This document shows positions 54,089 to 64,000 of a stretch of DNA of 64,000 nt, piece by piece. Each line of letters opens with the position of its first letter. Within the stretch, counting starts at the first letter, position 1. A program made the translations under genes and the position numbers. The DNA is taken from positions 192,001 through 256,000 of the forward strand of contig OZ242186.1 in NCBI GenBank assembly GCA_965205675.1. Direction: 5' to 3'. Under the pieces are notes generated by a model. The model saw only the letters and a program-made list of their open reading frames with translations, made no database searches and was not told the DNA's origin. The DNA is from Nitrosopumilus sp. GTDB taxonomy: Archaea; Thermoproteota; Nitrososphaeria; Nitrososphaerales; Nitrosopumilaceae.

Positions 54089-55210
54089 TTGAGAAAAAAG
54101 TCTCTATGCATAATTGTAGGCACAAGCATAGTTATTGTTCTGGCAATTATGGTCTTGAATATTTCTAGTCTCGGCATTATTTCACCTCAATTGACAAATG
54201 AAAAAATTGGTCTTGTAATCAATTCTCCAAATCAATCAACAACATTACAGGACTTGGATAGCATTTATTCAGAAGCATCGGATTCTGGAATTGGAAGAAG
54301 TAATGTCTATCTTTTTTGGAATTTAATTGAGCCAATACGTGGAGAATATGACTGGAAACAATCTGACACACTTATGAGCTTTAACAAAAAAAACAATCTC
54401 CAAGTTACTTTGTATTTTTCTATAATCAATGGTGAAACTCTTGGTCCTTTTCCAACTTGGATTGGAAATCCGTCTCTCAATTCTATAGATGAAGATAGAA
54501 TTGCCAGTGTACTTGATGCAATATTATCAAGATATAACATTGTTGATACAGTAATTTTTGCAGGAGAGACAGAATCTCAGTTTAGATATAAAGAACAAAA
54601 TATTCCCATCTATAAAGAACTATTTAACGGGGTATATGATCAAATTAAAGAGAAACATCCAGATGTAAAAATAGGAAATGCGTTTGCGTTACATCAAGTT
54701 TTGAATAAAAATTTACGAAATACTGTAACTGACTTGCTAATTGGTGATTTTATTGCATTTTCATATTCTCCAGTTGATACATTAAATGATATTGTAAAAA
54801 CTCCTGAACAAGCCAAAGAAGACTTGAAACAAGTGTTTGACTTGGTAGATGATAAAAAAGTTGGACTTTTTGAGATCAGTTGGAGTACATCTGATTTTAT
54901 TGGAGGAAATAATACCGGACAAACAGAATTTTTAGAAAAATCCTTTGAATTCTACACTGAGAATGAATCTAAAATAGAATTTTTCACTTGGTATAGACAA
55001 TACGATAAACCTGATGGAACATGCATAATTGAAGAGTCAGAAATTAGTAGTGTTAACATCAATCCCGGTGGAGGATCTGGATTGGGTAGCAATGAATATG
55101 TAATTGAAAGATTGAGCCATTACATTTGTAATACAGGATTGATTACTAGTGAGGGTATACCTAAATCAAGTTGGAATGAATTTAAAAAACAAATTGGAAT
55201 GTTAAACTAA
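54089..55210 (+). CDS. Membrane-anchored glycoside-hydrolase-like TIM-barrel protein
   Basis: N-terminal TM; W.LIEP.RGEYDW...D, AGETE, FSYSP, FEISW. Confidence 0.6.
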   Translation: MRKKSLCIIVGTSIVIVLAIMVLNISSLGIISPQLTNEKIGLVINSPNQSTTLQDLDSIYSEASDSGIGRSNVYLFWNLIEPIRGEYDWKQSDTLMSFNKKNNLQVTLYFSIINGETLGPFPTWIGNPSLNSIDEDRIASVLDAILSRYNIVDTVIFAGETESQFRYKEQNIPIYKELFNGVYDQIKEKHPDVKIGNAFALHQVLNKNLRNTVTDLLIGDFIAFSYSPVDTLNDIVKTPEQAKEDLKQVFDLVDDKKVGLFEISWSTSDFIGGNNTGQTEFLEKSFEFYTENESKIEFFTWYRQYDKPDGTCIIEESEISSVNINPGGGSGLGSNEYVIERLSHYICNTGLITSEGIPKSSWNEFKKQIGMLN

Positions 55211-55211
55211 A

Positions 55212-55880
55212 ATGATTTCTTTAATATTATCAGAATCATCATTAGAACTTGTTCCCCCTGAATTAAAACATCACCCATCAGTTATTTCACATGCAAAAAA
55301 ACTTGGAAAATATCCATCAGAAATCTTACTAGACAATTCATGGCATTTTGCAGCTATGAAAGGAATTGAAAATGAAATAAAAAGAGGCCGACCCGATCTA
55401 GTTCATTTTTCAATCCTTGAAGCTACCACAATACCATTGTATCTTCAAAATAAAATGAAAGTATATGTTCATACACTTGATGATAAGGTAATATCATTTG
55501 GAGAAAATGTACATGTTCCTAAATCATATCATAGGTTTGAAGGCGTTATAGAAAAATTATATCAAGAGAAAAAAATTACAGTAAAAAATGATGTTTTATT
55601 AGAAATTAGAGAAAAAACATTTTCTAAACTTCTTGATGAAATTAATCCTTCAAAAATACTTGGTTTTTCTACTGCAGGTAAACCAAATACATATGAAAAT
55701 ATTGCACAAGAGATCACAAATGATACTTGTATTGTATTTGGTGGATTTCAAAAAGGACATTTCTCGGATTCAGTTGGAGATAAAATAACAGATTTGTATT
55801 CAGTTGGAGATAAATCATTTGAAGGACATGTTGTAGTTGCTAGAATGCTTTACGAGTATGAAAAAACCATTTTTATGTAG
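55212..55880 (+). CDS. nep1: Nep1/Emg1 rRNA pseudouridine methyltransferase
   Basis: ESSLELVP, RGRPDLVH, PKSYHRF, GGFQKG. Confidence 0.92.
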   Translation: MISLILSESSLELVPPELKHHPSVISHAKKLGKYPSEILLDNSWHFAAMKGIENEIKRGRPDLVHFSILEATTIPLYLQNKMKVYVHTLDDKVISFGENVHVPKSYHRFEGVIEKLYQEKKITVKNDVLLEIREKTFSKLLDEINPSKILGFSTAGKPNTYENIAQEITNDTCIVFGGFQKGHFSDSVGDKITDLYSVGDKSFEGHVVVARMLYEYEKTIFM

Positions 55881-55902
55881 GAAATAAAATTTTCACGTTA
55901 TT

Positions 55903-55976
55903 GCAGTCATAGTATAGCCTGGTTAGTATTCGGGGTTTCCAACCCTGTGACGCGGGTTCGAATCCCGCTGACTGCA
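55903..55976 (+). tRNA. tRNA-Gly(TCC)
   Basis: GCAGTCA/TGACTGC acceptor, CGGGG-TTTCCAA-CCCTG anticodon arm, GTTCGAATCC. Confidence 0.95.
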
Positions 55977-56027
55977 TTTTTTAGCCTTCACGAAAACCAA
56001 TTTTTAGGTGTATTTTTAGATAATGTT

Positions 56028-56324
56028 GTGAAACCTGCTGTAAAAAAAATTGCAATGGAGAGGATGCAAATTTTGATTGATAGCGCAATTGGTAATGCTA
56101 GAACAAATCCTAAACTTTCGCAAAGACAAGCTTTTCTTGCCAGAAGAATTAGTACCAAATATAAAATTAAAATGCCATATTACCTCAGAATGGTGTTTTG
56201 CAAAAAATGTAAATCTTTTATTGCACCCGGATTAAATTCACGATTTCGTTTAGGAAGATCATCTGTCAAGTCAATTAAAATTTCTTGTAATTTATGTGGA
56301 CACACTTATCGCAAAATTACATAA
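56028..56324 (+). CDS. rnp4: RNase P protein component Rpp21
   Basis: IAMERMQIL, FCKKC, CNLCG; GTG start at 56028. Confidence 0.88.
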   Translation: MKPAVKKIAMERMQILIDSAIGNARTNPKLSQRQAFLARRISTKYKIKMPYYLRMVFCKKCKSFIAPGLNSRFRLGRSSVKSIKISCNLCGHTYRKIT

Positions 56325-56389
56325 AAATTATTATAGATTTTCATACTTGTTATATCCCAAAAACAGTTCATCCCTTATTCCATATCATA

Positions 56390-56945
56390 TTCCCCCCCTC
56401 CCTGTCTGCTCATCAATAATTTTTGTTTCTTTCTCTGGCATCTTTCTCACATATGCTTTTACAGATATCTCCAGATTGTTCCAACCAAGTGATATGTGTG
56501 GCTTTATGTGATTATATCAGTGAATCAACTAATTGATTCCATCAAACCATTTTTGCTTTCTTTGGATCTTACCGTGAAATTGCTCTAGTTTTCCATTTGT
56601 ATGTGGAATGGTTCACTCTTGCAAGGATCTGTTTTATCTCCAATTCTATCAGTTTCATCTCAAACTGTGATGCTTCTTTTCTTTTGTATTTTGATTAGTT
56701 TGCATAGAATTGGGAATCATGGTCAATTAAGATAGATGCGGGTTTATCTTGCCTGAAACTGAAACTGTTCGTGTTTTATGATATCGCGAGTAGAGTTTCT
56801 GTATCCAACGAGTAGATACTTTATAGATAAGGCCACATCTGCATTCTTAGTCCCATTCTCTTTCGATTTGATTATCCATGATACTTGAATGGGATCTAGC
56901 TTTTGCATGCTCGGGATTCTTTCCTCTTTTCCAAACGCATCTTGA
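56390..56945 (-). pseudogene. Decayed IS481-like transposase
   Basis: Fragments QKLDPIQVSW...RWIQKLYSRY and GKLEQFHG...YNHIKPHISL with stops and frameshifts. Confidence 0.6.
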
Positions 56946-57013
56946 CTTTAGTTTGAAAGTGATGGGATGAACTAATTTGAGGATAATAGAAAAATAATAG
57001 ATAAACTTAGTTT

Positions 57014-57190
57014 TTACAGTTGCTTTCCTGCTAAAAACCAATTTTCTTTAGGATTATCTTCAAAAACAACAACAACATGATTTTCTTTGGTTTTTAGAAT
57101 TTCAACTGCGGATTTTGTGATTGCTTTTGCATATTCATCTTTTTGTTCCTTAGTTCTACCAGGATACATTGACACAGTGATCAAAGGCAT
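57014..57190 (-). CDS. 4-oxalocrotonate tautomerase-family protein (58 aa)
   Basis: Manual translation MPLITVSMYPGRTKEQK...ENWFLAGK; N-terminal Pro. Confidence 0.88.
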   Translation of the reverse strand: MPLITVSMYPGRTKEQKDEYAKAITKSAVEILKTKENHVVVVFEDNPKENWFLAGKQL

Positions 57191-57223
57191 ATTAGTTATA
57201 AATAAAATCAGGAATTTATGCTT

Positions 57224-58009
57224 TCAATAATCTGATCTGTAACCATATCTTGTTCCATATGTAAAATCAGAACTGTATATTTTTTTGTAAATATATCCTG
57301 TTCCTAAACCAACTACAAATCCACCAATGTGTGCAAGATACGCTACACCACCACCTGGAATACCAAATCCTCCAATGAAAAAAGGAAGTAAGTTTTGAAA
57401 GATTAACCAAAACGGTAAGAACCATCTGGCTTGAATATGCATCATTCTCCAAAAGAATCCAAGCATCATAAAAGTTTGAATTCTTGCTCTAGGAAAAATT
57501 ACAAGATATGCACCTAATATACCAGAAATTGCACCAGAAGCTCCAACTGCAGGAATAGGACTAGTAGTATCACCAAGTATGTGAATTAATCCTGCTGTTA
57601 TTCCCCACATTAAGTAAATTCCAAGATATTTTAGTTTGCCAAATTTCTGTTCAATGTTATCTCCAAATATCCATAGAAATAGCAAGTTACCACCAAGATG
57701 AATCAATCCACCATGCATAAAAGTAGAGGTTAACAAAGTAATTTCAGAGAATGCAGGACATTGTTGTATTCCATTACCTGTATCGATTCCACTAAATTCT
57801 CCGGTAACACAAGCTGGTACAGCACCCCAATTGTAAAACATAACAAATGCATTTGAATTATTAAAATCAAAAAACTGTCCAGTGTATGCTACTTCCATAA
57901 AGAACACAATTACATTTGCAATGATTAATGCATAGGTTACTTTTGGTTTGAATCCAGGTGGATGTGGATTCTCATCTCGTAATGGGAACATTAGTTGTTT
58001 AACTTCCAT
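57224..58009 (-). CDS. Rhomboid intramembrane serine protease
   Basis: FMHGG..HLGGN, GASGA, AHIGG. Confidence 0.93.
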   Translation of the reverse strand: MEVKQLMFPLRDENPHPPGFKPKVTYALIIANVIVFFMEVAYTGQFFDFNNSNAFVMFYNWGAVPACVTGEFSGIDTGNGIQQCPAFSEITLLTSTFMHGGLIHLGGNLLFLWIFGDNIEQKFGKLKYLGIYLMWGITAGLIHILGDTTSPIPAVGASGAISGILGAYLVIFPRARIQTFMMLGFFWRMMHIQARWFLPFWLIFQNLLPFFIGGFGIPGGGVAYLAHIGGFVVGLGTGYIYKKIYSSDFTYGTRYGYRSDY

Positions 58010-58049
58010 GAAAATCGTATAATAAGATTATTCAGTTTCAATAATTTCT

Positions 58050-59460
58050 ATGATTCTTTCTTTTATTGGAAATTGAATTCCTTGAATGAAAGAATCATTC
58101 ATCTATGATGTTTTCTACACATCAATCATCATTATTTTTAACCCAAGATAGAATATTATTTTTAAATTCAGACTGAGCCTGATTTGGTGATTGAATTACT
58201 ATAATAAAATTTCCTTTTGATAATAAATGTCCATTAATGTTGATAAAACTAAATTTGTAGTATCTAATTGTTTATTATCAAACATAATTTTGTGAGGATT
58301 GGGATTTAATGAATTGACATTTCCTATCATATATTTTGAATATATTTCAAAATCTTTTGGCATTATTATCAAATCATATTCAATTAATTTTTGGGATTTG
58401 GTTAAAAGTAATTCTTTAAAACTTACAAAAAATATTACTTCATTAGATGTATGAATAACTTCAGGCTCTCCCAAAAAAGAAATACTTTGTATCTTAAATC
58501 AGTAGTTGTAAATTTCAGAGGAAATGTCATTTTTTAACTAGGTTTTAATTCAAAATTCATTACAGAGTCAGAATTAATTATTACCATTTTATGTATTTCT
58601 TTGATTAATTCTTAATTCAAAACTATATGGATTAGATCTATCTTCAAAAGAATAATCATGTATGGTTATTGTATCCACAGATAACAAAACATTATTCACA
58701 ATTAATACATATGTTGTTGCAAAAAAATTGCCAAAAGTAGTAGAGATTCTAATTTCTTGATGTACTACATTTATCTGTTCAAAATCTTGATATCGATCAA
58801 AAAACATTAAGAATTTTACAGTATCTGATTCAAATAAAAATTCATTAATTTGATCAAAATATAAAATTAATTGAATAGTTTGATTTTTATTTAAATTATT
58901 TTTTATTGTAAATGAATTATTTTCTACAATGTTAATTGCATCTTTGAATTTCATTTCATTAGTTAAAATATTAAAATCAGAATCAATAGTTAAAATTCTA
59001 ATTACAGAATCATATAATCTTCCTGAGATAAACACAGGATTCCTAACAATTATAGACACAAAATCTTTATTGTTCCAACCATTTGGAATAAGTTCTTTGT
59101 TTCCTTCAATAATAACTTGATGAAAATTATCAATTAGAATTTTGATATTTAGATAGTCAAGTTAATTATAGAAAATATCTTTCAAAATTTGTTCTCTATT
59201 TTTTCTTAATTCAAATTTATACGTTACATGTTTAATTATTGCAGACAAATCAGAATTAAATAATTTTAAAGAGATATTTATTTCAGGATTATTTTCATCA
59301 TAAACTGATGGAGAAATTTCAATTGAAAGGGTTGCTCCTTTATCTTCAACAGCATAGGAGGAGGAAATTCGCCTCTTAATCCATGACTAAATATTTGAAA
59401 TTAACCCAATATCGAGAAAAAGACAGAATATAACTATAGTAAAGAGAATTTAAGTTTCTA
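58050..59460 (-). pseudogene. Eroded gene for a thaumarchaeal secreted surface protein
   Basis: Fragments SHGLRGEFPP, IKHVTYKF, PVFISGRLY...ILTIDS separated by stops and frameshifts; very AT-rich; boundaries approximate. Confidence 0.5.
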
Positions 59461-59850
59461 TCGCTAGAAATATCAATTATTAGAATCTCCTTGATTTAGA
59501 AAAATGAGAAGAGAATACTTCTTCAAATAGCAGAAAAGGGAAAATCGATTAATTTCGACAATTTTTTTTATGATGTATTAAAACAAAATCTTCTATTTTG
59601 CAGAGGGCAAAAAAGAAGGAATTCTATTTTTCAGCCACAAGAAATAAGAAAAACGGAAATAAACATCGAAAGATACAATGATAGATTAAACAGAATCTGA
59701 TTAATCTAATTTGATCGCATAAACTGATTAGCATTTTTATTGTTCAAAATATAATGATCGATTAGGGGATGGAGTCATTATTTGATTACTCAGTTGAGTT
59801 TTACACTTTTTCTAAAATTATATCTTTTACATTTGAGGTGTTGATGTAAG

Positions 59851-61293
59851 TTGCCTAAAGTTAAAGAAAATTGTGGTGTAGTTGGAATTTACAGTTTATC
59901 TGGAAAAAATGTCATTCCTATGGTCTTTGATGCTTTACGAGCCTTACAACACAGAGGTCAGGAAGCCTGGGGATTTGCAGTTCCAAACAAGCCTCCATTT
60001 AAGAGAGTGGGATTGGTTTCCCATTCTTCGTCTGATTTTAAAAAACTTGCGAAAGAATATGAATCCTCATGTGTCATTGGCCATGTTAGATATTCTACAA
60101 TGGGTACAAGTACTTTGGATAATGCACAACCTCTCAAAATAAAAGATCTTTGTATTGCACACAATGGAACAATTGCCAATGCACAAGAACTATCTAATCT
60201 AGTTGGAGGTTGTTCTTTTACTCCTCAAAATGCAAGCGATACTTTGGTTGCTGCACAAAGATTAGTTTCACTAATTTCTGAAAATGGTGAAATGGGTAAA
60301 GCGCTATCTATTCTCAAAAATGAAATGATTGGCTCTTATTGTTTTACATTCATCTCTGATGATAATTCTGTTTATGCTGCACGTGATCCTAAAGGATTTC
60401 GTCCGATGGTGTTGGGACATAAAGAATCTGATGATACATACATTGTAACTTCTGAATCATCTGCTATCACTGCAGTTGGTGCAACTCTTCAAAGAGATGT
60501 GGTTCCTGGTGAATTAATCAAACTAAGTAAAATTGGTTTAGAAACTGAAAAATTTTCAACTGATACTTCTCGTGCACATTGTTCTTTTGAATTTACTTAT
60601 TTTGCACATCCTTCAAGTAACATGGAAGGACATAATATCTACATTTCAAGAAAAAGAATTGGGCAGTTTATGGCAAAAAAATTCCCTATCAAAGATGCTG
60701 ATTTAGTCATACCTGTGCCTGATTCTGCAAGACCTGCAGCATTAGGATATGCCCAAGAATTAGGTGTTTCTTTTGATGAAGGCTTACTCAAGGATAGATA
60801 TAGCAAGAAAGGACCATTGCGAAGTTTCATTGAACCTCACCAAAGTGATCGAGTTGATATCAATCGTTGGATTATTCCCATCAGCGAAATCATTAAAGAC
60901 AAACATGTAGTGGTAATTGATGATAGTTTAGTTAGAGGCACTAGCTCAAAGACCATCATCAAGGCACTTCGTCGTGCAGGTGCTAAAAAAATCAGTATGC
61001 TAATTACATATCCTCAAATTAACTATCCTTGTTATGCTGGAATTGACTTTCCTTCTCAAGAAGAACTTGCCACATTTACCAATGGTAAAACTATGACTCC
61101 TGATGAAATTACTGAAATGGTTAGACAAAATATTGGTGTTGACTTTTTGGGATACAATGATGCTGAGAATCTTGCAGATGCAGTTGGAATGCCAAAAAAT
61201 TCAATGTGCTTTACCTGTTCCTCTGGCAATTATGATTCGTTGGGAATAAATCCTGATTTTACTAAACGAGAACAAGTAAAGGCTACAAACTAA
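59851..61293 (+). CDS. purF: Amidophosphoribosyltransferase
   Basis: ENCGVVG, LQHRGQE, GHVRYST, VIDDSLVRGT. Confidence 0.96.
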   Translation: MPKVKENCGVVGIYSLSGKNVIPMVFDALRALQHRGQEAWGFAVPNKPPFKRVGLVSHSSSDFKKLAKEYESSCVIGHVRYSTMGTSTLDNAQPLKIKDLCIAHNGTIANAQELSNLVGGCSFTPQNASDTLVAAQRLVSLISENGEMGKALSILKNEMIGSYCFTFISDDNSVYAARDPKGFRPMVLGHKESDDTYIVTSESSAITAVGATLQRDVVPGELIKLSKIGLETEKFSTDTSRAHCSFEFTYFAHPSSNMEGHNIYISRKRIGQFMAKKFPIKDADLVIPVPDSARPAALGYAQELGVSFDEGLLKDRYSKKGPLRSFIEPHQSDRVDINRWIIPISEIIKDKHVVVIDDSLVRGTSSKTIIKALRRAGAKKISMLITYPQINYPCYAGIDFPSQEELATFTNGKTMTPDEITEMVRQNIGVDFLGYNDAENLADAVGMPKNSMCFTCSSGNYDSLGINPDFTKREQVKATN

Positions 61294-61334
61294 ATCAATT
61301 TAGAGATTTAATTAAATATGGATTAAGATCTTCA

Positions 61335-61619
61335 ATGTTTATGCAAGCTATATGGAATAATGTTGTCATTGCTGAAAGTAGTAATACTATAGAAGTCGAA
61401 GGGAATCATTATTTTCCATTTGATTCAATCAAAGAAGAGTATTTCAGAAAAACTGAATTTGTCACTATTTGTGGTTGGAAAGGAAAGGCTAATTATTATT
61501 CTGTAGTTGTTAATGAAAAAACCAACAAAGACTGTGCTTGGTATTATGCAGAACCAAACGATGCTGCCTCAAAAATTAAAGGCATGATCGCATTTTGGAA
61601 TGACGTAGATATAAAATAA
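61335..61619 (+). CDS. DUF427-family protein
   Basis: VIAES...EGNHYFP, C.WKGKANYY, AWYY. Confidence 0.88.
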   Translation: MFMQAIWNNVVIAESSNTIEVEGNHYFPFDSIKEEYFRKTEFVTICGWKGKANYYSVVVNEKTNKDCAWYYAEPNDAASKIKGMIAFWNDVDIK

Positions 61620-61743
61620 GTTCACTAGTCTTCATCAAATGTTCTTTCCATAAATTATTTCGTGGCATCTTCAACAGTGATTCCTCCACAGTATTTCGTG
61701 GTCTATGAGTATCTCGTTTGTTATCAGTACTTGGGAAAGTAAC

Positions 61744-62887
61744 TGAGACTTGGGCATAACTAATTCTAATTTTTGAGTCAATTCTCAAATTATTCAAATC
61801 AAAAAAGCTAAGGATCTTATCATGTTTTGTTCATTGGAATGTCAAAACAAATGAAAATCCCTAGGCAAGATTCTATCGGAATCATTTCTTATTGGTGTGT
61901 TACATTTGGTGGGAATGTTGTCTTTGTATGAGGAAGTATTCAGATCGGGCAGGACCGTATGTCTATTCAACTATTCTAATGGTGCAACTATTTATCATAA
62001 AGTCGTGGATGAAAATTCCTAGTAACAATACGTTTCATTATTTTCTTTTGACTAAAGGTACTGATGATAAATTGTTCAAGGTTTGCAGATTAACTCGGAA
62101 TTCCAAACAGAAGAACCATTGACAGACGATTTCAAGTTCTGCCAATTGGCGATATCGTTGGGACAATGAAAAGTCAGTTTATCTCCGATAAACTAGTCGA
62201 TGACATATCTGCATCAGTTGATAGTTCAATGCTAAAAGCTACAGGTCCAGTATGGCACAAATCAGACATGAAGAATAATCGTTTACCAATTTCAGGAATT
62301 GACACTGATTGTTCAATGGGGATTCTCCAAATCAAAGGGTTGGACATACGGATACAAACTGCACATGAGTTGCAGTACTGGCAAACTGGTTATTCCATTA
62401 TCTGCTGATGTCTCAACTGCAAATGTTTCTGATGGTAAAATGTATTATACAATAGTTGAACCGCTTTCAGGACTGGTTGAGAATATTTTATGTGATCCAG
62501 CATATGATAAATCATTATATCAGTTTAGTGATGAGAAACATTTGAGATTAATTTGTCCTATCAAAATATATCCATCAACGCCACCAGAGCGAATCAAACT
62601 TGCAGATTTTTATAATTCTGTACAAGGTCAAGAGTTATACTCACAAAGAAAAGTTTCGATTGAACCTTTATTTGAAATATTCAAAGATACGTTCAACATT
62701 AGAACTGTACATGTGAAAGGATTTGACAACGTGAAATCATTTGGATTGGTTTGCGTGTTGGTGTATCAACTTGCAGTATATTACAATTGCATAACAAAAA
62801 CAGAGAATCCAAGAATTGTGAAGAGAATGCTGTGTTGCTAGAGTGATATTGGAAATTATTTTTGTAATTGATTATGCCCAAGTCTCA
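61744..62887 (+). mobile_element. DDE_Tnp_1-type IS (IS5/IS4 superfamily) with frameshifted transposase
   Basis: 16-bp TIR tgagacttgggcataa / ttatgcccaagtctca; SVDSS, GYKLH, CDPAYD, RKVSIEP. Confidence 0.85.
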
Positions 62888-63147
62888 ATTATTCATGATG
62901 CTGTATGTAACGTTCTGATCAATATCATGTAATGTCAACCAAATCAGATCAATGGATCATAAAATTTTGTTAGAAAGTATATTCAATGATTTACAAAAAT
63001 ATTTTCATTACTTTAAACCATTTTCTTCTATTTTTAATTTTTGGGAAAAATTCTAAGATGAATCATAATTACTTTTATCGTTTTGGAATCTAATTTAATA
63101 ACTGAATTCAAAAATAATTATATGTATTGTTTAAATCTTCATGATGG

Positions 63148-64000
63148 ATGATCACTCAAAATGATCTAGATAATATCGATAAATCTAAAATGTATCAAGT
63201 ATATGATAAATGGCCTCAAATGGCTAAAGAGTCATCTGAATCAATTTTTCAGGAATTTTTCTTTGACGGGATTGATCATATTGTATTTTCTGGAATGGGT
63301 GGCTCTGGTGCAATTGGAGATGTTTTTTCATCAATTCTATCAAAAAGTGACATCCATGTTTCCACGGTTAAAGGATATCTTTTACCTAAAACAGTTGACA
63401 AAAATACTTTGGTAGTAACAACAAGTATTTCTGGTAATACTGCTGAGACATTAACAGTATTATCTTCTGCCCAAAAATTAGATTGTCAAGTAGTTGCATT
63501 TTCATCAGGTGGAAAGATGGAAAAATTTTGTAATAATAATCAAATTAATTACAGGAAAATCAAATCAACTCATTCTCCCAGATCCTCTTTTGTAAATTTT
63601 ACTTTTTCTATGTTAAAAATATTAAATTCAACGCTTTCCATTGAAAAAAATGATATAATAGAATCAATAAATCAACTTGCAAAACTTAAAACAGAAATTT
63701 CTTCTTCTAATCTTTCAAATTCAAATCCTGCATTATCTTTGGCAGACTGGATTTCTGGTATTCCTTTGATATATTATCCTCATGGATTACAATCATCAAC
63801 TATCAGATTTAAATCCTCTTTACAAGAAAATGCAAAGACACATAGTATGATAGAAGATGTAATTGAAACTTGCCATAATGGAATAGTCTCATGGGAAAAA
63901 TCTTCCATTGTACAACCAATTCTTTTACGTGGACAAGATGATTATTCAAAAACTAAAGAAAGATTTGAAATAATTAAAGAATATTTTATTGAAAATAATA
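63148..64000 (+). CDS. SIS-domain bifunctional phosphoglucose/phosphomannose isomerase (runs off window)
   Basis: Manual translation MITQNDLDNIDKSKMYQVYDKWP...GMGGSG...SISGNTAET...SSGG...LQENAK. Confidence 0.85.
   Translation, partial: MITQNDLDNIDKSKMYQVYDKWPQMAKESSESIFQEFFFDGIDHIVFSGMGGSGAIGDVFSSILSKSDIHVSTVKGYLLPKTVDKNTLVVTTSISGNTAETLTVLSSAQKLDCQVVAFSSGGKMEKFCNNNQINYRKIKSTHSPRSSFVNFTFSMLKILNSTLSIEKNDIIESINQLAKLKTEISSSNLSNSNPALSLADWISGIPLIYYPHGLQSSTIRFKSSLQENAKTHSMIEDVIETCHNGIVSWEKSSIVQPILLRGQDDYSKTKERFEIIKEYFIENN

Noticed and set aside
55947-56027. N-terminal extension of Rpp21
   Set aside because: Overlaps tRNA-Gly; GTG at 56028 is the plausible start

Overview
AT-rich chromosome segment from an ammonia-oxidising archaeon of the Nitrosopumilus type. 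Evidence: 4-hydroxybutyrate-CoA ligase, thiolase/DUF35, tetraether synthase, the rpl7ae-rps28e-rpl24e-ndk-aIF5B operon, class II RNR, pelota, Nep1, Rpp21, purF, tRNA-Leu and tRNA-Gly. The window carries a very heavy load of insertion sequences (IS630 of two types, IS3, IS110/IS1111, IS1595, IS5-like, ISH3-like, IS66, IS481-like, three MITE families) and many disrupted genes, as expected for a host-associated lineage (inference). The most unusual part is the accessory island at about 3.6-24.9 kb next to tRNA-Leu. It holds two-gene cassettes of secreted proteins: a trypsin-like serine protease, a zinc metalloprotease, a candidate neprosin-like glutamic peptidase fused to Ig/HYR stalks, and a protein of unknown function, each with a tightly linked partner gene. 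Three island proteins share a mosaic promoter/signal-peptide leader on unrelated C-terminal payloads, suggesting a polymorphic secreted effector/partner system. An IS1111-type element carries a structured downstream non-coding region (candidate bridge/seek RNA). All calls come from reading the sequence by eye; no database searches were run.
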